From positions 2,130,001 through 2,162,000 of the forward strand of contig NC_007181.1 in assembly GCF_000012285.1 (NCBI RefSeq): a stretch of 32,000 bases of DNA, read 5' to 3'. The DNA comes from Sulfolobus acidocaldarius DSM 639. Its GTDB lineage: Archaea > Thermoproteota > Thermoprotei_A > Sulfolobales > Sulfolobaceae. Made by a program: the position numbers and the translations under genes. The stretch's first letter is position 1. Every line of letters begins with the position of its first letter. The notes beneath the pieces are model-generated. The model was not told where the DNA came from. It made no database searches and saw only the letters and a list, made by a program, of their open reading frames with translations. Below are positions 1 to 9,105 of the stretch, in pieces.

Positions 1-240
1 AATAGGTTGGAAGGTATACTTGAGGTCAGCGTAAATGTCCTCAACCATCTCACTTAAATCAGCTCCTACACAAAATCCCCTACCTTCTCCAGTCAGAATC
101 ACTGACTTAACAGTAGGATCAGCGTTTAATTTTCTTAATATCGATATCATATCATTCCTTGTTTTTAGGTTAAGTGCATTCAATTTTTCAGGTCTATCGA
201 ACTTTACTATTGCATAACCATCTTTGTTCTCAACTATCAT
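1..240 (-). CDS. Enoyl-CoA hydratase/isomerase family protein, N-terminal part (gene continues past the left window edge)
   Basis: The reverse-strand ATG at 240..238 overlaps the TGA (239..237) of the upstream gene as ATGA. Eighty codons stay open to position 1. The translation MIVENKDGYAIVKFDRPEKLNALN...VILTGEGRGFCVGADLSEM is a typical crotonase-fold N-terminus. It is missing from the ORF track because the window truncates it. Confidence 0.75.
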   Translation of the reverse strand, partial: MIVENKDGYAIVKFDRPEKLNALNLKTRNDMISILRKLNADPTVKSVILTGEGRGFCVGADLSEMVEDIYADLKYTFQPI

Positions 241-1004
241 TCTTCCCACCTGGGTTTTCTCTTTTCTAGGAACGCCTTCATACCCTCTTTAGCTTCTTCG
301 CTAGCTAGAGCTACATAAAAGTTTCTCCTCTCTATGTCTAAACCCTGTTGAAGATTAGTCTCTAATGCTCTATTTACAGCTTCCTTTGCTAAAATTAAGG
401 AGAATAAGGGCTTTGAGGCTATTTCATTAGCTAATCTAATAGCCTCATCTATCAGTGAACCGTCTGGAACAACCTTAACCACTAATCCCATATCTTTAGC
501 CTCCTTGGCAGAAATGAGTTCACCAGTTAGTACCATCTTCATTGCGTTATACTTTCCTACTGTTCTAGTCAATCTCTGTGTACCACCTGCACCAGGGATT
601 ATACCCAGGTTAATTTCAGGCTGACCAAATTTAGCTGATTCAGATGCAATGATTATATCACAAGCCATAGCAAGTTCGAGTCCTCCACCTGCTGCCACAC
701 CATTAACAGCAGCTATTACAGGTTTCTTAAAAGCCCTCATTTTCTCCCATAAAGGCATATGACCTTTAAGTACAATTTCTTTTAAAGGAGTGTCGACCAT
801 TTCTTTTACATCTGCACCAGCTGAAAAAGCTTTACCTTCTCCTGTAATTATCACAACTTTTACTGGAGACTTCTCCAGTTCGTCAAGAGCGTTAACTAGA
901 TCATCCACCATTTTAAAGTTTATTGCATTGAGCCTGTCAGGTCTATTTAATTTTATGATACCAATCTTTTTATCCTTCGTCTCGAGCTTTATTGTCTCGT
1001 ACAT
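237..1004 (-). CDS. Enoyl-CoA hydratase (crotonase family)
   Basis: Crotonase signatures are present: LNRPDRLNA, ITGEGKAFSAGADVKEM and AAVNGVAAGGGLELAMACD. The ORF-track start at 1007 is a TTG; the adjacent ATG at 1004..1002 (MYETIKL...) is the more likely start. Confidence 0.9.
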   Translation of the reverse strand: MYETIKLETKDKKIGIIKLNRPDRLNAINFKMVDDLVNALDELEKSPVKVVIITGEGKAFSAGADVKEMVDTPLKEIVLKGHMPLWEKMRAFKKPVIAAVNGVAAGGGLELAMACDIIIASESAKFGQPEINLGIIPGAGGTQRLTRTVGKYNAMKMVLTGELISAKEAKDMGLVVKVVPDGSLIDEAIRLANEIASKPLFSLILAKEAVNRALETNLQQGLDIERRNFYVALASEEAKEGMKAFLEKRKPRWEE

Positions 1005-1046
1005 CAATATTTAAGCTACCTACAAAAATAAAAATTCATAACAAAA

Positions 1047-2276
1047 TTATGATGATAATTTCCTTATGTCAAAGGATTCGTCCTTCAGCTTATCTACCTT
1101 ACTCTTTATGTCTACCTTATCTTGAATTAACTTATTTATAGCCTCTAATTCACTCATATCTCTGTTGAATGCAACATAACCTATAACTAACCCTCCTTTA
1201 ACATAAATTACATTCAAGGATTTCTTGTCAAAATTACCCCTCATAACATAGTCATCATACCCAGTTGTCTCCCCACCAGACTCTATATGGAGGTCAAATA
1301 TATCGGACCAAACTGTAGACAAAAAGTTATAACTCTCATTTTGACCCATCATATTTCTCGCAGCTAATTGACCAGTATAATATGCGTTATTCCAGTGTTC
1401 TATCCTCCTCCTTTTTCCTGAGACTGGATCAAGAATATTAGCTACATCTCCAGCAACATAAATGTCTTCCTTAGCTTTTAGATGTTCGTCTACTAATATT
1501 CCGTTGTTAACTTGTAATTCGTTAGCTATCTCGACATTAGGGCTTATACCTACAGCCACGAGAACCATGCTACTCTCAATTTTCTTTCCACCAGACGTTA
1601 TTACACTATTAACCCTTTGGCTTCCTTCGAACTCCTTAACACCTTCGTTCAGAAGGAAAGTCACACCCTTATTCTCAAAGTACTTCCGTACCATTTCAGA
1701 AACTTTTTCATCCACAAACGTACTCCATATGAAAGGCTTTACCTCTATTACCACAGGCTCAAAACCTAGGCTCCTGAGACTAGCGGCTACCTCAACACCT
1801 ATGAAGCCTGCCCCAACAATTACTGGCTTTTTACCGTGTTTCAAATCCTCCTTAATTGAATCTGCATCACTTAAAGTTCTAAGATAATGAACTCCATTAA
1901 GATTCTCGCCATGGATACCAAGTTTCCTAGGCTTTCCCCCTGTTGTTATGAGCAATTTATCAAAGTTCAGTGTTTGTCCTGTGGAGAGTGTTAAAAACTT
2001 CTCCTTCACATTTAACCTTTCGACCGTAGTGTTAAGCATTACTTTCAGGTTATCCCGTTGATAAAATTCAGGCTTTTCAAAGAATAAACTGTCCCTATCC
2101 CTTTCACTCCTCATATACTCCTTAGATAATGGAGGTCTATCATAAGGTAAAGAACTATCACTAGTAACTAGTGTAATATTTGCCTTAGGGTCTATGTTTA
2201 ACATCTCTTTTAGTGCGTGATAACCAGCTATTCCACTTCCTATAATAACATACTTAGAGGTAAGTTTTGATGACAC
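1047..2276 (-). CDS. FAD-dependent pyridine nucleotide-disulfide oxidoreductase, ferredoxin/rubredoxin-reductase-like
   Basis: There are two Rossmann motifs (VIIGSGIAG near the N-terminus, VIVGAGFIGVEVA mid-protein) plus YVAGDVA and a reductase-type C-terminal domain. The ORF-track start (2318) is a TTG that adds 14 aa before the Rossmann fold. The GTG at 2276..2274 gives MSSKLTSKYVIIGSG and has an ATTATATAC TATA-like box about 25 nt upstream. Confidence 0.85.
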   Translation of the reverse strand: MSSKLTSKYVIIGSGIAGYHALKEMLNIDPKANITLVTSDSSLPYDRPPLSKEYMRSERDRDSLFFEKPEFYQRDNLKVMLNTTVERLNVKEKFLTLSTGQTLNFDKLLITTGGKPRKLGIHGENLNGVHYLRTLSDADSIKEDLKHGKKPVIVGAGFIGVEVAASLRSLGFEPVVIEVKPFIWSTFVDEKVSEMVRKYFENKGVTFLLNEGVKEFEGSQRVNSVITSGGKKIESSMVLVAVGISPNVEIANELQVNNGILVDEHLKAKEDIYVAGDVANILDPVSGKRRRIEHWNNAYYTGQLAARNMMGQNESYNFLSTVWSDIFDLHIESGGETTGYDDYVMRGNFDKKSLNVIYVKGGLVIGYVAFNRDMSELEAINKLIQDKVDIKSKVDKLKDESFDIRKLSS

Positions 2277-2356
2277 ATCTAATATATCAATAACGTAGTA
2301 TATAATCTCGTATTTCAAATAAGAGTTTATTAATTATCAAACGCTAGTTTAAAAAT

Positions 2357-3517
2357 ATGAGAAAGGTCGCAGTTATAGGTGTAGGACACTCTAAGTTTGG
2401 AAAGAGAGATGACGTAAGTATCCAGGAATTAGCTTGGGAGTCAATAAAGGAGGCCTTTGAAGATGCTGGAGTAACCCAGAAGGATGTTAATACTGTGATA
2501 TTAGGTAGTACTGCATACAGAGGTGTTGAACTTTATCCAGGACCTATTGTAGCTGAGTACTCAGGTTTAACAGGAAAAGTACCCATGAGAGTAGAGGCTA
2601 TGTGTGCTACAGGTCTCGCAGCTGCTCTAACAGCCTACTCCCTTGTAGCATCTGGTCTAGCTGAAATAGCTATGGCTGTGGGCGTGGATAAAATGACTGA
2701 GGTCGATACTTCAACCTCTTTAGCAGTGGGAGGAAGGGGAGGAAACTACCAGTGGGAATATCACTTTTACGGTACTACATTTCCTACTTATTATGCTCTT
2801 TACGCTACTAGACACATGGCAGTCTTCGGTACAACAGAAGAACAAATGGCTCTAGTATCGGTTAAGGCACACAAATATGGAGCAAGTAATCCTAAGGCTC
2901 ACTTCCAAAAACCTGTCACAGTTGAGGAAGTGTTAAAGTCTAGGGTTATTTCATGGCCTATTAAGCTCCTTGATGCATGTCCAATTAGTGATGGTTCCGC
3001 AACAGCAATATTTGCCTCGGAAGAGAAGGTGAGAGAGCTAAAGATAGATTCACCAGTGTGGATTAGTGGAGTAGGATTTGCTAATGACTACGCATATGTT
3101 GCGAGAAGAGGAGAGTGGTTAGGATTTAAGGCTACAACATTAGCTGCTCAGGACGCTTATAAAATGGCTGATATTACGCCTAATAGTATAGAAGTTGCTA
3201 CAGTTCATGATGCGTTTACCATAGCAGAAATAATGGGGTATGAAGACCTAGGATTTGTAGAGAAAGGTAAAGGAGGAAAGTTCATAGAGGAGGGACAAAG
3301 CGAAAAAGGAGGAAAAGTCGGTGTGAACTTATTTGGAGGCTTAAAGTCTAAAGGGCATCCTTTGGGTGCTACTGGCTTATCAATGATTTACGAGATAACT
3401 AAACAGCTTAGAGAAGAGGCAGGGAGTTTACAGCAACCACTTAAAAGATACACTGGACTGGTTCATAATGTGGGAGGAACAGGTCACTATGCATATGTTA
3501 TGGTTCTTAGAAGATGA
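2357..3517 (+). CDS. Thiolase-like acetyl-CoA C-acyltransferase (SCP-x / archaeal type)
   Basis: The nucleophile region VEAMCATGLAA and the C-terminal motifs GHPLGATG and HNVGGTG are present. Length is 386 aa with an ATG start. Confidence 0.9.
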   Translation: MRKVAVIGVGHSKFGKRDDVSIQELAWESIKEAFEDAGVTQKDVNTVILGSTAYRGVELYPGPIVAEYSGLTGKVPMRVEAMCATGLAAALTAYSLVASGLAEIAMAVGVDKMTEVDTSTSLAVGGRGGNYQWEYHFYGTTFPTYYALYATRHMAVFGTTEEQMALVSVKAHKYGASNPKAHFQKPVTVEEVLKSRVISWPIKLLDACPISDGSATAIFASEEKVRELKIDSPVWISGVGFANDYAYVARRGEWLGFKATTLAAQDAYKMADITPNSIEVATVHDAFTIAEIMGYEDLGFVEKGKGGKFIEEGQSEKGGKVGVNLFGGLKSKGHPLGATGLSMIYEITKQLREEAGSLQQPLKRYTGLVHNVGGTGHYAYVMVLRR

Positions 3518-3543
3518 AAAAGTACGTGTTCATGACGAGTGAT

Positions 3544-3954
3544 TTAAACCTTATTTTCTCCCTTATTGCTCTGTTCTCTTTTTACAGAATCTAAGTGATA
3601 AGCCAGAGCTGTGACATGAGCAATTATTTTCCCATCCTCGTTCTTAACCACTATTCTATATAGCGAAGTCGTTCTACCCTTACTCTCTTCAAAACCTTCA
3701 GCAATTATTTTCTCACCTAGAGTTGCTTGTCTTCTAAAATCTATGTCCATATGAAGGGCTACAGAATTCCTCGAAAAGTTGCTTATGTATTCAAAAGCGG
3801 TATCGGCAAGAGCAAATATAAAAGAACCATGAACACCCCCGTGTATGTTGAGGTTTTCTTCCCTGACTTCAGCAGATACTTTAACATAACCTTCTCTTAT
3901 TTCCTCTAATTTTAAATGTAGATATTTTGCAAAATTGCTTTCTCTGAGGTTCAC
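3544..3954 (-). CDS. Hotdog-fold acyl-CoA thioesterase, PaaI/PaaD-like
   Basis: It contains NIHGGVHGSFIFALADTA, matching the PaaI-type N-x-x-G-x-x-HGG...aD motif. The protein is 136 aa. It has a GTG start 9 nt downstream of the stop of the PaaK-like gene. Confidence 0.8.
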   Translation of the reverse strand: MNLRESNFAKYLHLKLEEIREGYVKVSAEVREENLNIHGGVHGSFIFALADTAFEYISNFSRNSVALHMDIDFRRQATLGEKIIAEGFEESKGRTTSLYRIVVKNEDGKIIAHVTALAYHLDSVKREQSNKGENKV

Positions 3955-3963
3955 AGTAAATCC

Positions 3964-5250
3964 CTATTCCATAATAATTACCCTCTTACTCTTACCCTCA
4001 AATCTGGGCAAAGATCCTACCTTTATGAATTCTATTTCCGGTGTCACGAAAGCAACTGTCCTTATTTCCTCCACTATTTTATGCTTCAACTCGTTAGAAG
4101 GGTTCTCGACCTCTAATTTCAGTATCATTTTATGTTCATTACCTCTCCTGTCAAAAACCACTTGATATTCGGCAATCTCTGAATACTTCATTAAAACTAA
4201 GTTTATAGCAGAAGGGTATATCTTCACTCCTTTGTAAAATATAACATCGTCAATCCTGCCCTTTATTATACTTATTTTAGGGTAAGGAATATCATCATCG
4301 CTTTCAGTAATCTTAGTAATGTCCCTTGTTCTATACCTAATCAGGGGCACAGCTTCTTTAGAAAGAGTTGTTATAACTAATTCTCCTTCTTCTCCCTCAT
4401 CTAAAACTTCTCCAGTCTCTGGATCGACTATCTCAGCGATAAAATGATCTGTCCATATGTGCATCCCTTTATGATCGTCATAAGGACACTCCTGGGAAAC
4501 ACCTGGTCCCATAGCCTCTGTAAAACCATATATTTCTCTTGCACCCTCCTTTAGCGCTAACTCACTTTCTATCCTCTTTAGCATCTCCGAGGTCATTGCC
4601 TCTGCCCCCGGAATGGCAAGCCTCAAATTCAAGGTAGTTGGGTCAATGCCCAGTTTTTTGATGGTCTCAGCTACTACCAATTCATATGATGGTGTTCCGG
4701 TTATCACAGTAGCTTTAAAATCCTTTATAGCCTTGACCATTCCTTCGGTTCTCCCTGCACTCCACGGAATCACCTTTACTCCTATTTTCTCAGCCCCCTG
4801 TTGAAGACCAATCCCTCCTGTAAATAAACCGTAACCGTAAATATTCATCATTATATCATTCTTGTTTACGTTAGCAGTTTTGAGACACCTCGCTACCAGG
4901 TTAGACCAGACCTCGATATCATTAGTTGTATAAGCGTTTACAGTCGGTATACCTGTAGTTCCAGAGGTCATATGAAACCTTACAACCTTTTCAAACGGCA
5001 CAGCTAGAAATTCTCCGCCATATGGGTATGCCTTATCTCTAAGCTCTTCTTTTGTAGTAAAAGGGAGTTTTCTTAAATCTTCCACCGTTTTTATATCTTC
5101 AGGAGAAATTCTTCTCTGTTGAAAAAGCTTCCTGTAATACGGAGAATTCTCATATACGTAGTTTATAAGCCTTCTCAATCTCTTTTGTTGGATCTCCTTT
5201 ATGTCGTTCTTAGATAGTAGTCTAGGATTAGTTTCATCATATCCACTCAC
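3964..5250 (-). CDS. paaK: Phenylacetate-CoA ligase family adenylating enzyme (PaaK / coenzyme F390 synthetase-like)
   Basis: The short (428 aa) adenylate-forming architecture is typical of PaaK. It has the MTSGTTGIPT P-loop, YGFTE and a C-terminal ACT-like tail. Its GTG start overlaps the TGA of the upstream DUF35 gene (GTGA). Confidence 0.8.
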   Translation of the reverse strand: MSGYDETNPRLLSKNDIKEIQQKRLRRLINYVYENSPYYRKLFQQRRISPEDIKTVEDLRKLPFTTKEELRDKAYPYGGEFLAVPFEKVVRFHMTSGTTGIPTVNAYTTNDIEVWSNLVARCLKTANVNKNDIMMNIYGYGLFTGGIGLQQGAEKIGVKVIPWSAGRTEGMVKAIKDFKATVITGTPSYELVVAETIKKLGIDPTTLNLRLAIPGAEAMTSEMLKRIESELALKEGAREIYGFTEAMGPGVSQECPYDDHKGMHIWTDHFIAEIVDPETGEVLDEGEEGELVITTLSKEAVPLIRYRTRDITKITESDDDIPYPKISIIKGRIDDVIFYKGVKIYPSAINLVLMKYSEIAEYQVVFDRRGNEHKMILKLEVENPSNELKHKIVEEIRTVAFVTPEIEFIKVGSLPRFEGKSKRVIIME

Positions 5251-5630
5251 TCTACCACCTCAGCGATTATCCTCTGACCATCTGTAGATATCTTAACTTT
5301 ACTTCCTACTCTTGGTCTTCCCTTAATCCAAGCCATCACACTTACTTCTCCCAGTCTAACTATTCCAATCACGTAATCTGGATACTTCTCGAATCCTTGA
5401 GGTTTCTGAGACACAATACTATAAGTCATTAGCTCCCCTTCGCCCTGTAATTCAACCCATTCCATTTTATCTGAACCGCAATTTGAACAGTCCTTTTGAG
5501 GTGGGAAATATACAGAGTTACAGGCGACGCACCTTGTAGCTACTACCTTACCCTCCTTTAGTTTCTCTAGGAATTGGTCTGGATAGTTTATTTTATAGTT
5601 GTAGGTTATCGGTAGCCCGTCTACTTTCAA
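5247..5630 (-). CDS. DUF35 family protein (rubredoxin-like Zn ribbon plus OB fold), thiolase-associated scaffold type
   Basis: It carries the CVACNSVYFPPQKDCSNCGS (CxxC-x11-CxxC) zinc ribbon followed by an OB-fold-like C-terminus. At 127 aa the size is typical of the family. Confidence 0.85.
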   Translation of the reverse strand: MKVDGLPITYNYKINYPDQFLEKLKEGKVVATRCVACNSVYFPPQKDCSNCGSDKMEWVELQGEGELMTYSIVSQKPQGFEKYPDYVIGIVRLGEVSVMAWIKGRPRVGSKVKISTDGQRIIAEVVE

Positions 5631-5643
5631 AACCGTTACACCC

Positions 5644-6672
5644 TTAGAACACTGGAATGAAGTCGTCCTCGCTTATATCCTTTACTTCCTCTCCACTTAT
5701 ACCAAGTTCAGGCATATCAGGTAATTTTATCCCATATCTCTTCAAGGAAGCGCCTACTCTAAGCACAGCATCCTTCCATGCCTCCTCCTTTTCCTTCTCT
5801 GTGGGAATATAGAAGCCTGCATCTCTAGCTAGATCTTCCATTCTCTGATGGACTTCCAGGAACCAAGGAGGTAATTTCCAAAATTCCTTAGGGGGTTTGT
5901 AAGTGATTAGTGATAGGAACACAAAGCCAGCCCTAATTTGCTTCGTGACCAGTTTTTTCCTATCTTCGTTCATATTAGGGGCATTCTGGGTCATAATCAA
6001 ATGGGTAAAGGCATAGTGACGTGTCTCGTCAACAGCTGTATTCTTAAAAATCTTTGAAAATTCTTCATTCTTAGCATTCTTTCCCATGCTAGTGAACACT
6101 GTTGTGGCTGCTGCTTCTCCCATCATAAATGACGTGAATAATACATCAAGAGCGTATTTCTTGTAAGCGTCTAAGTAAGCTTTCCAATATCTTGATCCGT
6201 TCCACCAAACCCACTGAACATTTAACATTGCCTTCTTCTCGAGATCATCTTGAGGTTTGAAATTCAATGGGAAACCCTCCATTGCATTCTTTATAGCTAG
6301 TCCGCAAACTAAGTTATGCCTATTTTCGTCCCAGGTTATAGTTGTAAGTATTCCTCTGACTGCAGTATCCAAATGGTGCTCAAATGACTTTACTACTGCA
6401 TAAGCGAATACAGGGGTTGCATGATCGAAGTTTGATAAAAGACCATACCAATAGGCTATAGCCAGTCTCTGTTTCCTGTCTAATCCAGACATCCACTCCT
6501 TTACTCTCCTCCAATCAATGTTATCTTCGTCCCACTGCTCTTTTTTAGCCCTTCTATATAGTTGCCATGCTCTCTCGTTATCGAAATCCCATATTGGTGG
6601 ATATATATTATATTCAGGGTAAGTGGGTGACTCTTCAAAATTTATTGATTCATACTTATTCTCCTTACTCAT
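5644..6672 (-). CDS. Ferritin-like, R2-fold dimetal-carboxylate protein (putative oxygenase/oxidase)
   Basis: Two ExxH motifs (WDENRH, E116/H119; VDETRH, E216/H219) combine with candidate ligands D83 and E186. The spacings are 33/70/30, close to the RNR-R2/R2lox ligand spacing. The N-terminus has an R2-like WDEDNIDW...LDRKQR segment. It lies first in an operon with the DUF35, PaaK-like and PaaI-like genes. Confidence 0.7.
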   Translation of the reverse strand: MSKENKYESINFEESPTYPEYNIYPPIWDFDNERAWQLYRRAKKEQWDEDNIDWRRVKEWMSGLDRKQRLAIAYWYGLLSNFDHATPVFAYAVVKSFEHHLDTAVRGILTTITWDENRHNLVCGLAIKNAMEGFPLNFKPQDDLEKKAMLNVQWVWWNGSRYWKAYLDAYKKYALDVLFTSFMMGEAAATTVFTSMGKNAKNEEFSKIFKNTAVDETRHYAFTHLIMTQNAPNMNEDRKKLVTKQIRAGFVFLSLITYKPPKEFWKLPPWFLEVHQRMEDLARDAGFYIPTEKEKEEAWKDAVLRVGASLKRYGIKLPDMPELGISGEEVKDISEDDFIPVF

Positions 6673-6784
6673 AAAATTCTCACAATTTTTTATTCACCAT
6701 AATAATATTTAAAGTCATAATCAAACAAGTTAAATAAATAGGTATTATAAAAAGTAGCTAAATTAAAAATATTCATCAGGCAAT

Positions 6785-7633
6785 TTATATAACTTTAACA
6801 GGATTAACTAGGGAACCTATTCTCTCTACGTGAACTTCCATAGTAGTACTTTTAGCCTCAAGTTTGTATTCAGATGTATCTTCAGCGCCAGAATACCCTA
6901 CGGTTCCAGTTGTTATAACACTTAATTGGGGTATTGTGAGTATGGTGGAGAGCTCCCTTATAATCTCCTCGGGAGAAAATATGAACTCATCAGTTGTACT
7001 GTCTTGAATTACCTTATTATCATAAATGCTCATCATCCTAAGTCTGTCCAACTTAACCTCATCTGGAGTAGTTATAATAGAACCTAAAACTGCGAACGTA
7101 TCCCTATTCTTATTCCTAAAATGAGCACCCCTCACAATCATTCGTTTCACTACTCCATCATTAGGATCCCTCCTCCTCGCATAATACCAATCCTTACTAG
7201 CCTCACCCGGAGCCGTAACGTCATTAAATACAGTGTAACCTAGGATGTAATCTTGTATTTTTCCAGAATTTATGTTCCTCAATTTTTCCTTAATAATTAT
7301 ACCTATTTCCACCTCAGGTCTAATACCACTCTTAGGGGCATAGACTATATCTCCGTTTCCAACTACGATAGAGGGGAGCTTAATGAAAAATTTAGGAGTT
7401 CCCAGCATCTCTTTTCCTTCCTGTTTACTCGAGGCACCCAGCATTTTATAAGAGTTGACCAAGACACAGAAAATTGAAGCAGTTTGGACAGGAAGAATCT
7501 TTACAGATCGAATATCATAACTTCCACCTTTAGGCTCTTTATTAACACTCTCCATTTCGATAATATCATTTCCTATAACTTCTCCCAATCTTACCTTTCC
7601 CTGATACTCAAAGAAAACTAATTTCATTTTCAT
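6785..7633 (-). CDS. Fumarylacetoacetate hydrolase (FAH) family enzyme (HpaG/HpcE-like hydratase/decarboxylase/isomerase)
   Basis: FAH-family motifs are present: RPEVEIGIIIKE (metal-binding E-x-E) and GYTVFNDVTA. Its ATG overlaps the TAA of the upstream hpaB-like gene (TAATG). Confidence 0.85.
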   Translation of the reverse strand: MKMKLVFFEYQGKVRLGEVIGNDIIEMESVNKEPKGGSYDIRSVKILPVQTASIFCVLVNSYKMLGASSKQEGKEMLGTPKFFIKLPSIVVGNGDIVYAPKSGIRPEVEIGIIIKEKLRNINSGKIQDYILGYTVFNDVTAPGEASKDWYYARRRDPNDGVVKRMIVRGAHFRNKNRDTFAVLGSIITTPDEVKLDRLRMMSIYDNKVIQDSTTDEFIFSPEEIIRELSTILTIPQLSVITTGTVGYSGAEDTSEYKLEAKSTTMEVHVERIGSLVNPVKVI

Positions 7634-9105
7634 TACGCCTTAGGATTAGGCATCTGATCCATGATATCCCTTACCAATTTCACATATTCTCTTTTCCTAT
7701 CCTTAAACACTTCAGTGTACATTTGAGCCCATCTTATTGTGGGATCTCCTCTACTAAACCTATCATATTGTTCGTATCTCATACCACTCTCAGAGCCTAT
7801 AACATCCCACAATAGATTGAATAGTTTTACTCTTTCAAGAGCTGGTAGACCCTTTGATGCAAGGTATTTCTCAAGCATCGCCCTTTCCTCAGGGTTCTCA
7901 AAATCCCTTATACCTGCGGGTATGGGTATAGATGAACCAGCTGAAATGAGCCTAAGGATTTCGTCAACTCTAGGTAAAGCCCTCATGTTGAAATGACTAG
8001 CTGTGATGGAGATATAAGGATTGGGTCTATATATGTTTGGTAAGTATTCTCCATTTTCCTCAGCTGCTATTAATGCTGCCTCATTCAAAGTGAGGTAAAT
8101 CAGTATTTCTCCCAATTTTTCTTGGACATTAATGAAGTTATTGATACCAACTGATTCTGCAATAGCCATGGCTAACCCAGCGTAAAACTTCAATCTCGAG
8201 TAGTGTTGAATGGCAAAATGCCAATTAAACCATGTCCTTAGCTGAACAGTATGCCACATAAATCCTTCAATTTCTTCAGGCTTCTTGTAAAATATTATTC
8301 TATCCCATGGAATTAGAACATTATCTAAAACTAATATTGCATCAGATTCTTCAAATCGTGACGATATTGGATACTCGAATTCGCCTAGATTCTCCCTCGG
8401 ATAGAAGCCTCTTCTTGTTATGAATTTTACACCCTTTGAATTTCCTGGTATAGAGAAGAATATCGCATATCTGGGATCACTATCTCTCCTTATGTTAGGC
8501 AAATACCACAACATCTCAGCATAAGGTCCCGCAGTACATATCATTGCTGCACCTCTAACTATAACTCCCTCATTAGTTTCCTTGACAACACCTATCTGAA
8601 TATATGGATCCTCCCACTGAGATGGTGGTCTTGATCTGTCGTACATAGGGGCTACAATAGCGTGAGTATAGAATAGGTCTTTCTTAGTGGCTTCTTTATA
8701 AATATTTATCACATTCTCCATTATTTTACTTCCAAATACTTTACCAAAGTAATCCTCTGCATGTGCATAAAATACCATACTCCATATATTGAGATAGTCT
8801 GGACTCCTTCCGAAAAAGCCATAATAGTTGTCATAAATCCTGTTTAAACCTACCCTCATTTTCTTTAGGTCTTCTTTTGACCTGGGTCTGAAGAATGATA
8901 TACTTGTGTCTTCACCGACATCCCTGTTGTAGACTCTTAAAGCTTCGTCTTCCCAATGTAGATCATAGTATTTGGCTACTGTCTTAATAGGTATTTTAAA
9001 TGCGTGATGGTTTACTATATCTTCAACTTTTTCGCCATTATAGTAAACTTCTCCGTGATTTCCTTCCTTCAAACTTTTAATATATTCTTCTCCCCTTCTA
9101 ATCAT
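7633..9105 (-). CDS. hpaB: 4-hydroxyphenylacetate 3-monooxygenase oxygenase component family (HpaB-like, two-component flavin monooxygenase)
   Basis: The N-terminus [13 protein letters not shown]...[15 protein letters not shown], the GRSPDYLN motif and the ~490 aa length match my recollection of HpaB. The protein has only one Cys, which excludes a 4-hydroxybutyryl-CoA dehydratase Fe-S site. The ATG at 9105 overlaps the TGA of the upstream dioxygenase (ATGA); the ORF-track start at 9114 is a GTG. Confidence 0.85.
   Translation of the reverse strand: MIRRGEEYIKSLKEGNHGEVYYNGEKVEDIVNHHAFKIPIKTVAKYYDLHWEDEALRVYNRDVGEDTSISFFRPRSKEDLKKMRVGLNRIYDNYYGFFGRSPDYLNIWSMVFYAHAEDYFGKVFGSKIMENVINIYKEATKKDLFYTHAIVAPMYDRSRPPSQWEDPYIQIGVVKETNEGVIVRGAAMICTAGPYAEMLWYLPNIRRDSDPRYAIFFSIPGNSKGVKFITRRGFYPRENLGEFEYPISSRFEESDAILVLDNVLIPWDRIIFYKKPEEIEGFMWHTVQLRTWFNWHFAIQHYSRLKFYAGLAMAIAESVGINNFINVQEKLGEILIYLTLNEAALIAAEENGEYLPNIYRPNPYISITASHFNMRALPRVDEILRLISAGSSIPIPAGIRDFENPEERAMLEKYLASKGLPALERVKLFNLLWDVIGSESGMRYEQYDRFSRGDPTIRWAQMYTEVFKDRKREYVKLVRDIMDQMPNPKA

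Noticed and set aside
35-217. 60-aa plus-strand ORF from the ORF track
   Set aside because: It lies entirely antisense to the well-supported enoyl-CoA hydratase N-terminus on the minus strand (1..240). Its low-complexity S/P/L-rich translation is typical of a shadow ORF.
1462-1887. 141-aa plus-strand ORF, and similar antisense ORFs (e.g. 790..1014, 4613..4804, 7739..7996, 12353..12586, 13211..13660, 15012..15428, 17065..17331, 22531..22779, 28172..28543)
   Set aside because: All are nested antisense inside longer ORFs with clear family motifs. Their translations are S/L/P/T-rich with no recognisable domains, so I treat them as shadow ORFs.
5644-6672. Ribonucleotide reductase small subunit (R2)
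   Set aside because: The radical-harbouring Tyr position (ExxHxxxY) is Cys. No RNR large-subunit gene is nearby, and the gene sits in an acyl-CoA operon.
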